DNA of 64,000 nt from Octopus vulgaris (taxonomy: Eukaryota), in contig OX597832.1 of assembly GCA_951406725.2 (NCBI GenBank), positions 49,910,001 to 49,974,000 on the forward strand. Direction: 5' to 3'. Of this stretch, positions 26,832 through 37,495 are shown in pieces (the stretch's first letter is position 1; every line of letters starts with the position of its first letter). The translations under genes and the position numbers were made by a program. The notes below the pieces were generated by a model. The model was not told where the DNA came from and ran no database searches. It worked only from the letters and a program-made list of their open reading frames with translations.

Positions 26832-27887
26832 CGTGTGTGTCTGTGTTTGTCCCCCCATCGTCGCTTGACAACCGATACTGGAGTGTTTACGTCCCCGTAA
26901 CTTAGCGGTTCGTTAAAAGTGTCCGATAGAATAAGAACTAGGCTTACAAAGAATAATTCCTGGGGTCGATTCGTTCGACTAAAGGCCGTGCTCCAGCATG
27001 GCCGCGGTCAAATGACCAAAACAATTAAGAGTAAAAGAGTACACACACGCCCTAACTCATACATTCACACGCGCGCACGCAAGTACACATCAACTCATTG
27101 ACATATTCATCAAGTCTTGAAACAAGTTTTGCTTACAATAATTGTCTTTTTTTTTCTTTCTTTTTTGATAAAATTGTCGACTTCCAGCGCAAAACAGAGG
27201 GAACTACGTTGAAACAAAAAGCTAGAATCCCCGAATATTTCCCCACATTCGAAAGTATGATGTTCCATTGTTTATAGAACATACCATACCGCTTGTTAAT
27301 TAAAGTTAAGTCTTAGTAATTAGAAGCTCCTTCATTGGTTCATAAAAGTATTAGGCAGAATCGTTAGCGCGTCGGACAAAATGCCAAGTGGCCTGATGAC
27401 CACTGAAGTCGATGTAATTCTTTTGCATCTATATCGAAAGAATGTCCCCTGAACATTCTCCCTAGTCTGGCATAAGGAATAAGACTGGCATTCATATTCC
27501 TTGCTCTGAAATCGCAGACCTCGTAACCAAAATTTGAAACTATTATTCACACGTTTGGAATCTCTGGATGTCTACAAAAGGAATTTTAAGCTGTGCTGTT
27601 GATGTTAATAAAATATACCACAAAACACTAATTAATTAACTCAGTTTAATCTATTTGTGAATGGTGAATATGGACATGTCGTTTCCATGCGATACAAATC
27701 GTTTTGTCACCGGAGATGGTCACTTACGTAACATATTCGGCAACTTTAGCCGCATTTTTGTTTTCGTTGAAGCCGGCTTGGATTCACAGAAGGAAAATAA
27801 AAATAAAAACTAGTGGGGAAATAAAAAAAAACGAAATAAATCCCAAAGAAAGAGAGATACATTTATGAAACGTGGATAAAAAGGGGA

Positions 27888-28300
27888 AAAAGAAATCAGT
27901 TAACATAGTTATATAGTCACCTGTTCAATACAGTAATAAGAATTCCTACTATCTCTCATTGGGGGAAACTGGGCTCCGTATGTGTGAATGGTGTGTGTAT
28001 GAGTGTGTCAAAGAAAGAAATATATATATATCAAATGTGTATAAAAGATGAAAAGAAATCAATTAATATAGTTATATAGTCACCTGTTCAATACAGTAAT
28101 AAGAATTCCTACTATCTCTCATTGGGGGAAACTGGGCTCCGTATTTGTGAATGATGTGTGTATGTGTGTGTGTCAAAGAAAGACATATATATATCAAATG
28201 TATATAAAAGATGAAAAGAAATCAATTAATATAGCCACCTATCCAATACAGTAAGGATTTCCTAAAAATCTCCGACCGGGAAACTGGGTTCCGTATATGT
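27888..28300. repeat. Local tandem repeat, about 162-bp unit x2.5
   Basis: The unit aaaagaaatca...cacctgttcaatacagtaataagaattcc...gggaaactgggctccgta is repeated. Confidence 0.85.
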
Positions 28301-28618
28301 CACTGACATGTGTGTGGTATGTGTACTATAAGCTCTAGGATCACAAATTGCGACAGGCGAGGAATTATCGGCGGAAACCCCGTCTGGAGATAAGGGAAAG
28401 GAAACCAATTCCTGGTTTATAAGCATTCAACAATTATTATTTCACTTGTGTTTATTACCTTTCTCCAAATTAAATCTCATTTACTAACTTCGGAGCCGCT
28501 TCTTCTTCCTTTTTACATTGTCACCAGGTAAGCTTGGTTTGTTATATAATAAGTAAACGGATAATTTTATTATCTCTTATCTAGTTGTTTCTCCCACTCA
28601 ATCTACTTCTCTCTTCCC

Positions 28619-28660
<42 letters not shown>

Positions 28661-28724
28661 AACACACACTGGTACATACACATTCTCTCAGATTCACACA
28701 CACAATCATAGATACATACATTCA

Positions 28725-29195
28725 TGAGAGACAGCAGAGGTAGAGAGAAAGAGAGAGAGAGAGAACGAGACAGAGGTAGAGAGAAAGAGAGAGAGAGAAC
28801 GAGATTGAGATAGAGAGAGGGGGAGAGAGAGAATGAGATTGAGTAAAAGCGTGAATGATTGACAGAGAGAAAGGATGAGAGAGAGAGGAGGAAGAGAGAA
28901 AGAGAGGGAGAGAATGAGATAGAGAAAAAAGCGTGTGAATGATTGAGAGAGAGAGAGAGAGAGAGAGAGTGAGAGAAAGAATGAGAGAGAGAGAGTGAGA
29001 GAAAGAATGAGAGAGAGAGTGAGAGAAAGAACGAGAGAGAGTGAGAGAAAGAATGAGAGAGAGAGAGAAAAAGAATGAGAGAGAGAGTGAGAGAAAGAAT
29101 GAGAGAGAGAGGGTGAGAGAAAGAATGAGAGAGAAAGAATGAGAGAGAGGGAGAGAGTGAGAGAAAGAATGAGAGACAGTGAGAGAGAGAGAGGG
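28725..29195. repeat. Polypurine (GA-rich) satellite, GAGAGAAAGAAT-like units
   Basis: Direct inspection. Confidence 0.9.
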
Positions 29196-29557
29196 TAAAG
29201 TAGTTGGTGCGGTCGGCAACAGAGTGAACCAGTTATTAAAAAAAAAATGTAAACAAAACGAGTGTTTGTTTATTTATTTGACGTTTCTGCTGATCTTTTC
29301 CCGTCGTCGTTTGGTTTAGAAGGGCTCTGCGATAATAATAGGGACCAAAAACTTGAAATAATGAAAAAAAAAAAAAAAAAAAGGGTTTAGAGTTTAGAGT
29401 TTCTTTACGATGTAATGAAATATACGGACAAAATACACCTTATGTTAGTGTTCACTGTTATATAAGCGCATACACTGTGTTACATAATAGATGCGGCCGG
29501 TCAATGCCCTGGGAGTGAATTTCATAGATAGAAACTGTGTAAGCTCGTCATACGCAC

Positions 29558-30463
29558 ACACTTTTACAAGACGAGGGTTGACAGTGACTTCGAAGGCATG
29601 ACGTGCTAGCCTTTTTTTACTCGGTGCATGTGTATATGTATGTATATTACTTCAAAAGTTCCCGCAAGCCCATATGTAAAAAAAAAAATTTTTTTACGGA
29701 AATCGACGGAAAGGTCTACTAGAGACGAAAGATCGTCCATACACTTTTTCAAGACGAGGGTTGACAGTGACTTCGAAGGCATGACGTGCTAGCCTTTTTT
29801 ACTCGGTGTATGTGTATATGTATGTATATTACTTCAAAAGTTCCCGCAAGCCCATATGTAAAAAAAAAATTTACGGAAATCGACGGAAAGGTCTACTAGA
29901 GACGAAAGGTCGTCCATACACTTTTACAAGACGAGGGTAGACAGCGACTTCGAAGACATGACGTTGCTAGCCTTCGTCGGACTGTAATTCAAAGACACCT
30001 CTCTTTTTGGAAAAGTATAATAGGATATCTGGCAATCTTTCGTCTCTGGCCGCGCCGATATTGCGATCTTTCGTCTCTAGTAGACCTTTCCGTCGATTTC
30101 CGTAAAAAAAAAAATTTTTTTTTTTACATATGGGCTTGCGGGAACTTTTGAAGTAATGAGAGCGAAAGAGACTAAGAGAAAGCGATTGTATGACGAGGGA
30201 AGTTCTTTTGAAGTTACCGTGCATGGTAATTGATGTACATGTGTGTGTGTGTGTTTGATGGGGTGTGGGAGTATGTTGTGTAAGTGAAGTGCTTCTGTTA
30301 GTTTGTGTGAAGAGACAGAGAGAGTAATGTTTCTCTTTCGCTCTCATTACTTCAAAAGTTCACGCAAGCCCAAATGTAAAAAAAAAAAAATTTTTTACGG
30401 AAATCGACGGAAAGGTCTACTAGAGACGAAAGATCGCCCACCTCTCTTTTTGGAAAAGTATAA
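29558..30463. repeat. Complex about 180-bp tandem array with an inverted and a displaced copy
   Basis: Direct units start at about 29558, 29741 and 29919 (partial). An inverted half-unit lies at 30064-30157 and a direct half-unit at 30345-30440. Confidence 0.85.
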
Positions 30464-30863
30464 TCTTTATATATAAAAGTGAAGTTGTGTGTCTGTCTCC
30501 TACGATTTAGATTCCTAACTACTCCCACATTTTGCGGTGCAGTTTAACCAAAAGCGGGTATCTTATAGTCGTGATTCATATCGAGCCCTTCTGGGTATTA
30601 GCGCGCGTCTACGATGAGTCTACGATTTAAAAAAAAATTACCATCATTTTTTTCCCATTTTAATGCATTTTTTTCGCTATTATATAAGGGAAGTAACTCT
30701 CTAAAAATGTCTACGATGAGTCAACGATTAAAAAAAAAAATTACCATCATTAATTTTTCCATTTTAAATGCATTATTTTGCTAATTTTTGGCTATAACTC
30801 TCTAAAAATGCTTATATAGTTATTTCCCTTTTAAACCCGAGCAACGCCGGGCGATACTGCTAG
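30464..30863 (+). mobile_element. Non-autonomous Helitron, same family as 19538
   Basis: TC start, hairpin, CTAG end and A|T site. Confidence 0.85.
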
Positions 30864-31322
30864 TTAACGATATTTTTTGAATATTTTCTTTATTTTTTTT
30901 TACCGAAAAGGCTTCTCCCATGTTTATTTCAATGCCATCCCTGACTTACCTGTGTGTATGTGTGTTTTTGTTGTGTATGTGTGTGCGTGTGTGTGTTTTT
31001 TTTGTTGTGGATGTGTGTGCGTGTGTGTGTGTTTGTTGTGTGTGTGTGTTATTGTTGTGTATGTGTGTGTGTGTGTTTTTGTTGTTGTGTATGTGTGTGT
31101 GTATGTGTTTTTGCTGGGATTTCATTGGTTAAAATTCGAAGAATTAAACTACGTTAAACTTACAAATTACAATTTTGTTTTCAATTTTGTTTACAATAAT
31201 GTTTTCTTTTGACACATTCTACCAGTATACGAAGTTTCAAATTGTTTAGTTAACTAGAAAATTCCGTCCATCAAAAAGAAAAGATACGTATAATATATAT
31301 ATACACTCTAAAAAGTATTGAG

Positions 31323-31746
31323 GGATCTTTTCGGTTTGAACGGCAGTTTTTTAAAATAATTTCCACGTAACTAAACACTTTTAAACTTCGTACACTGGTA
31401 GAATGAGTTTATAAAACATCTGTTTCTCTTGGCTTTATTGAGAAAATTCTATAGTTTGTAAGATATTTGTTGTTTTGTTTCTTCAATTTCTGCAATTTCA
31501 ACCAATCAATCACGTGTATTGAGGTAAAAAACATTCTGTGCCGTATGAATATGTCCCTCGTTTAAGAAACAGATTGGGTTTATTTACATTTGTGAAGAAA
31601 AAAAGATACCCTTCCCCCCACCCCCACCCCTAACCCTAACCCTAAAACAGATTGAAATGCAATAGATCGATACTAGGGTCATAATTATGGGTGACAATTT
31701 CATATGACACTGCTAGAAAAAACTGCCGTTCAAACCGAAAAGATCC
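31323..31746. mobile_element. Same Merlin-like MITE family
   Basis: Perfect TIRs; TSD gtattgag/ttattgag. A further fragment lies at about 31115-31290. Confidence 0.85.
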
Positions 31747-31793
31747 TTATTGAGTAATTCTTCAGTTTAATGTAAAAGGGGTTTTCTTATAAA

Positions 31794-32188
31794 TCTTTAT
31801 ATATAAAAGTGAGGTTGTGTGCTGTCTGTCTCCTACGATTTAGATTCCTAACTACACCCACATTTTGCGGTGCAGTTTAACCAAAACCGGGTATCTTATA
31901 GTCGTGATTCATATCAAGCCCTTCTGGGTATTAGCGCGCGTCTACGATGAGTCTACGATTTAAAAAAAAATTTACCATCAATTTTTCCCATTGTTAATGC
32001 ATCTTTGGCATATATAAGGGAAGTAACTCTCTAAAAATTTATTATTAAATCTCAGAACGTAAAAAGCTACAGTAACACCCCCCTTTGTGGTTAGCCATAT
32101 TGACATGGCTATTATACTTTACATCTCTAAAAATGCTTATATAGTTATTTCCCTTACAAACCTGAGCAACGCCGGGCGATACTGCTAG
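31794..32188 (+). mobile_element. Non-autonomous Helitron, same ends with a different internal segment
   Basis: TC start and CTAG end. Positions 32040-32120 differ from the other two copies. Confidence 0.85.
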
Positions 32189-32507
32189 TTCATCATAAAA
32201 AAAACCCATTAATATACATATATACGTTTCAGCCCAAAGGCTGTAGCCATGCTGGAGCGCCACACATGTATGTTTTCTTCTATTCTTTTACTTGTTTCGG
32301 TCATTTGACTACAACCATGCTGGAGCACCACCTTAAAAGGTTTTTTAGTTGAAGAAGTCGGACCCAAGACTAATTCTTTGTAAGCCTAGTATTTATTCTA
32401 TTGGTCTCTTTTGCCGAAGTGCTAAGTTACGGGGACATAAACATACCAGCATTAGTTGTCAAGCGATGGCAGGGGGACAAACAAAGACACACACAAATAT
32501 TTACATA

Positions 32508-32539
<32 letters not shown>

Positions 32540-32620
32540 GTTAATCCAAACATGAAAACACATGAAAACGCGAGGACGTGGAACAAGTATAGTATTATTG
32601 GACGCTCAGGAAAGAAGGAG

Positions 32621-32657
32621 GGTTTAACATTTTGAGCAAGAGCTCTTCATCATAAAC
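32621..32657 (-). ncRNA. Degenerate minimal hammerhead motif in a Penelope-like repeat
   Basis: The minus strand reads gttt ATGATGA a gagc-tctt-gctc AAAA tgtta aac. Two core substitutions. The downstream tttcctgagcg motif is shared with the 4.9-kb element. Confidence 0.45.
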
Positions 32658-32725
32658 ATAGGAAAAGGAAAAGATCCAAAGAAGGGAAGACGGAGGGAAA
32701 AAAATCGCCAACGATACACATGCGG

Positions 32726-32768
<43 letters not shown>

Positions 32769-33166
32769 GCATGTAAAAAGCAACATCCAAACGTGGCTGA
32801 TGCCAGTGCCGCCTTGACTGGCTTCTGTGCCGGTGGCATGTAAAAAGCACCAACCGATCATGGCCGGTGGCACATAAAAAGCACCCACTACACTTACGGA
32901 GTGGTTGGCATTAGGAAGAGCATCCAGCTGTAGAAACACTGCCAGATCAGATTGGACCCTGGTGCAGCCTCCTGGCTTCCCAGACCCCGGTCGAACCATC
33001 CAACCCATGCTAGCATGGAAAACTAACGATGATGATGATGATATATATACATATACAAGTTTCCGTCTACCAAATCCACTCACAAGGTTTTGGTCAGTCT
33101 CAGGCTATAATAGAAGACACTTGCCCAGTGGGACTGAACCTGAAACCTGAAGCTTTATATATACAT

Positions 33167-33211
<45 letters not shown>

Positions 33212-33619
33212 GTGGGCTTCTTTCAGTTTCCATCTACCAAATTCACTCACGAGGCCTTGGTTGGCTCAAGGCTATAGTAGAAGACACTTACCCAAGGTGC
33301 CATGCAGTGGGACTGAACCCAGAACCATGTGGTTGGGAAGCAAGCTTCTTACCACACAGCCACTCCTGCGACTGTTTCAAATTTTTGCACAAACCCAGCA
33401 ATTTTGAGGGAGGGAGTAAGTCGAATACATTGCTCCCAGTGTTCAACTGGTACGTGTTTTATTAACTCCAAAAGGATGAAAAGCAAAGTCAAACACGGCG
33501 GAATTTGAACTCAGAATGTAAAGACAAAATAAAACACCACTAAGCATTTTGTCCAGTGTACTAACAATTCTGCCAGCCCGTTGCCTATTTATACTGTTAA
33601 TACTCTCTCTATCTATCCA

Positions 33620-33866
33620 CTCAGTCGAAGTCGACTCTCGGTCACTCGTTGGATCCTGGGCCGCTTCCTTCAGACTGGCCATGTCCATTCCGGTATCACT
33701 CATGATGGTGTCAAGCCAGCAGGTTCTTGGTCGGCCTCTTCCTCTCTTGCCACTGACCATTCCGAGCATGATGTCCTTCTCCAGGGATTTTCTCCGCATA
33801 ATATGACCAAAATATGCCAATCTACGCTTGGTGATCCCAGCTTCTAGCGACATTTTTGGCCTTATC
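33620..33866 (-). mobile_element. RTE (BovB-like) LINE 3' fragment (second copy at 60835-61063)
   Basis: RRLAYFGHIMRRKSLEKDIMLGMVSGKRGRGRPRTCWLD is typical of an RTE ORF C-terminus. Confidence 0.8.
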
Positions 33867-34829
33867 CCAATGAAAAAGACATGAACAAGACAGCTAATTT
33901 ATGCAAAATTAAATAATTAGGGTGTTTTATCAAGCTGAAAGAGAGCAAAATTTCATGGTTGTAAAGAGATAAGTTTGCTGCAGGTTATGTTGGTGACTAG
34001 ATCGCAATACCTGGTTTGAATTCCATTATATTTACATAGTTACTCTCTCTCTCTTTACTCTTTTACTTGTTTCAGTCATTTGACTGCGGCCATGCTGGAG
34101 CACCGCCTTTAATCGAGCAACTCAACCCCGGGACTTATTCTTTGTAAGCCCAGGACTTATTCTATTGGTCTCTTTTGCCGAACCGCTAAGTGACGGGGAC
34201 ATAAACACACCAGCAATCGGTTGTCAAGCAATGCTAGGGGGACAAACACAGACACACAAACATATATATATATATACAACGGGCTTCTTTCAGTTTCCGT
34301 CTACCAAATCCACTCACAAGGCATTGGTCGGCCCGAGGCTATAGTAGAAGACACTCGCCCAAGGTGCCATGCAGTGGGACTGAACCCGGAACCATGTGGT
34401 TGGTAAACAAGCTACTTACCACACAGCCACTCCTGCGCCTAGTTGTTAACTTTGAATAAAGCACGAATGTTACAATAAGCTAAAGTCTGTGCACTTCCAA
34501 ATAAAATGTAAAAAAAAACAAAAAAAAAACCCGAAAAGAAATCCCTTGAGTTTTTTAAAATTTTGTAATAAAGTGTGTATTGTAGTATCTATCCATCCAT
34601 TTTCTCTGTCCCCTATTCCTGGGAGGGTTGTCAGAGTAGGGTCCTCAGACACCTCCTCCATAGGGTTAATACTACAAATGAAAAATACATAAATAAGACA
34701 TCTAATTTATGCAAAATTAAATAATTAGGGTGTTTTATCAAGTTGAAAGAAAGCAAAATTTCATGGTTATAAAGAGGTTGTCAGGGTGAGGTCCTCAGAC
34801 ATCTCCTCCATAGGGTTCCATTAGAAGCA

Positions 34830-35180
34830 ACTGCCATGACACTTTCCTGCTAAATTCCCAAGCATGGCCAACTGAGATGATGGATGTCATCCAACCATCT
34901 CGTTCTTGATCTACCCCTGGGTCTTCTGCTGGTTGACCTGGCATGAAGAATCTGTCTTGTGAGTCTTTCCGATGACATTCTAACTACATGCCTGTAGTTC
35001 TGAAGCTGTGATCTCCCAATGCATAGAAGTGGCAGCTTGACCTGGAGAGACTCCCTCATCTCCAAGCTACACACCTTGTTAAGTAACATTACTCCAGAGA
35101 TCCTTTGGAAGAACCCTATTTTGGTTGGCGATTGTTCTCTTTTGGTAATTATCCAAAATTCATGACCATAGGTGAGGATA
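34830..35180 (-). mobile_element. Degenerate RTE-type LINE fragment
   Basis: QLQNYRHVVRMSSERLTRQIL...RRPRGRSRTRWLD. Confidence 0.65.
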
Positions 35181-35205
35181 GCATGAAAACCAAATTTTAG
35201 ATATA

Positions 35206-35703
35206 CCGTAAATCCTCAAGTATAGTCTGCCCTTGAGTATAATATGCAGGGCTGTACCTCTGAAAATTCTAAACCTTGTGTATAATATGCACCCCTTCTC
35301 TAACTTGAGTCAAGGAGGTCTATATAACATCCTTGATTTGTAAAAATGTATATGGTAACATCCTTTATTATTATTGTATATATAACATAATGCAAACGTG
35401 TAGCTTTTTGTGCATTTTGTTTGCAGGAAATAAAGAAATAACAGTAATAAAGTTTAATAAATGTTGCTTACTGCAAGTTATGGATGATTCTTTTATGACT
35501 TCATTGCTTTCAGGCTTAGCTTAAGGTATTTTCACGCCCGACATCACAAAATGCGTCTGAATAAACATTGCCGGACAGAAAATAGAGACTCGGACATTGC
35601 TGAGAAAATATTTTTCATTTTTAACCTTGTATATAGTACGCACTAGGGATTTTGACCTTTAAATTTTGGGGAAAAAATGTGGATTATACTCGAGGATTTA
35701 CGG
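35206..35703. mobile_element. Tc1/mariner-pogo-type MITE
   Basis: TIRs CCGTAAATCCTC(A/G)AGTATA and TA TSD. Confidence 0.8.
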
Positions 35704-36358
35704 TAACTTGACATAAAATCAATTATCAAAACACAAAAACACAGTTTTACCATCATTCTATACTTATGCCTAATAAATTATTTACATTCTACACACTTAG
35801 TGATGTCTTTTTCCTGACCATGCTATAAGTTGTTTGTTATAATTTATTTAAAAAACTAACTTCAAGTATGTGTGTGTGTGTGTGAATGTTTACACTAATT
35901 ATGTGTGTGTAGGTGCAGTGTGTGTCCAAATAAAGTATTAATGTATGAATTTGAGAAAAATGACAATAAAATTTTAACATTATGTTATATAATAATAATT
36001 TACTATTGTTATAAGGTGGTAAGCTAGCAGAAATGTTAGCAATCCGGGCAAAATGCTTGGCAGTATTTCGTCTAGTCTGAGTTCAAATTTTGCTGAGGTC
36101 GACTTTGCTTTTCATCCTTTCAGGGTCAATAAATTAAGTACCAGTTGCATAACTGGGTCGATCTAATCGACAAGCCTCTCCTCCCCAAATATTTTGGGCC
36201 TTGTGCCTAGAGTAGAAAAGAATATTACTATTGTTATATAATATATTACAAATTATTATATAACCACAATATTATGTAACATAGTTTGATTGACAAATTC
36301 CTTTGTAGTACATTAAATGATAAAGAATAAACAAGTGTGACACACCTTCATTATCTCT

Positions 36359-36461
36359 ACCACCACCACCACCACCACCACCACCACCGCCACCACCACC
36401 ACCACCACCACCACAACCACCACGACGACCAACAACGACGACGACCACCAACAACACCACC

Positions 36462-36517
<56 letters not shown>

Positions 36518-36518
36518 C
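36359..36518. repeat. Compound microsatellite (CAC)n-(AAC)n
   Basis: Direct inspection. Confidence 0.95.
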
Positions 36519-36630
36519 TGATGTTGCAATTCCATGTAGCTACTCACTGCTAAAAATAACACTTGAATTTCCCACAGATCACAATATAATGTCTTAAATG
36601 ACAGTGGATAATAAATCAACCCAGAATACT

Positions 36631-36663
<33 letters not shown>

Positions 36664-36664
<1 letters not shown>

Positions 36665-37092
36665 TAGAATGGTTGTATACTGTCAATCTAACACGAACGT
36701 GACAGTAGGGGGGTACACCACCGCTGTATAGCCCTAGGAAGCATCGACACCTCCTGATGGCTTTGACACATTTTTCCCTGTGTCCTTATATACATTTACG
36801 AAGGGGAGACAAACACCCCCGGCCGCCGGAGCTGCATCTAGGGACACGTGTTTCAGGATCATTGTCCTTCTTCGGCCTAGAGTAGCAGACACCGGTCAGC
36901 TGGTGATATTTGTCTCGACTTCGTATTGTATATATCTATAATTCAGTGAAGTCTATTCACTGATTATCAAAATAAGAAATACTAAATTTCTAAATCTCTT
37001 GTAGAGACATGTACGGTGGTGGGGCGATAGAATCTATCGCCCCACCACCGTACATGTCTCTACGAGAGATTTAGAAATTTAGTATTTCTTAT
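36664..37092 (-). mobile_element. Family P1 element: full 363-nt monomer plus a 60-bp inverted arm, flanked by (TA)n
   Basis: atagaa recurs at 36664 and 37027. Palindrome 36972-37092 is centred on 37032. Internal hammerhead. Confidence 0.75.
36806..36916 (-). ncRNA. Type I hammerhead ribozyme, second copy (core CCGAAGA, U4 to C)
   Basis: The minus strand reads tctagg CCGAAGA agga-caatga-tcct GAAA cacgtg TC cctaga. Stem I extends out to gagacaaatatc/ggtgtttgtctc. Homologous to the 16.5-kb copy, with compensatory changes in stems II and III. Confidence 0.8.
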
Positions 37093-37094
37093 AT

Positions 37095-37495
37095 ATATTA
37101 ATAGTTATCGCCAAACTAATATGGCAGTCCATAAATATAAGACTAAAGCTGTCGCTGATTAGCTCCAAGAGGCCATCGCCTCTAGCTAGCTATATGACAC
37201 ACAAACCTGCGTCCATTACAACCTTCGAACAGGGCAACAACCCTGAAACATGTCTGCAGATGTCTGACCAGCAAGGTGAAGCGGCTGACCTCCCCTGTTC
37301 GAAGGTTGTAATGGACGCAGGTTCGTGTGTCATATAGCTAGCTAGAGGCGATGGCCTCTTGGAGCTAATCAGCGACAACTTCAGTCTTATATTTATGGAC
37401 TGTCATATTAGTTTGGCGATAACTATTAATATCCAGTAACGCTGCCGTAATCTCCTTTAGAGAGACTTAGTAATTTTAATATTTCTATTATATAT
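37095..37495 (+). mobile_element. Related Penelope-like element, family P2, with 140-bp inverted arms
   Basis: Arms 37095-37234 and 37293-37432 are near-identical inverted copies, and the spacer holds a half hammerhead. The 3' end (ccgtaatctcctttagagagacttagtaattttaatatttct) resembles the P1 end. Confidence 0.65.
37231..37259 (+). ncRNA. 3' half of a hammerhead ribozyme, truncated by an inversion junction
   Basis: aggg-caacaa-ccct GAAA catg TC tgcag gives stem II, GAAA, a palindromic stem III and UC. The CUGANGA box is replaced by the inverted arm. Confidence 0.6.

Noticed and set aside
27332-27550. 72-aa ORF as an additional ARH exon
   Set aside because: Its phase is incompatible with the neighbouring exons, it has no ARH similarity, and its 3' part is SINE-derived.
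29700-29745. gtc-tactaga-gac GAAA gatcg TC in the 180-bp repeat
   Set aside because: No CUGANGA box and no stem I.
31628-31646. CCCTAA telomere-like repeats (also at about 18600 and 45960)
   Set aside because: Only 2-3 units, forming a fixed internal part of one MITE family.
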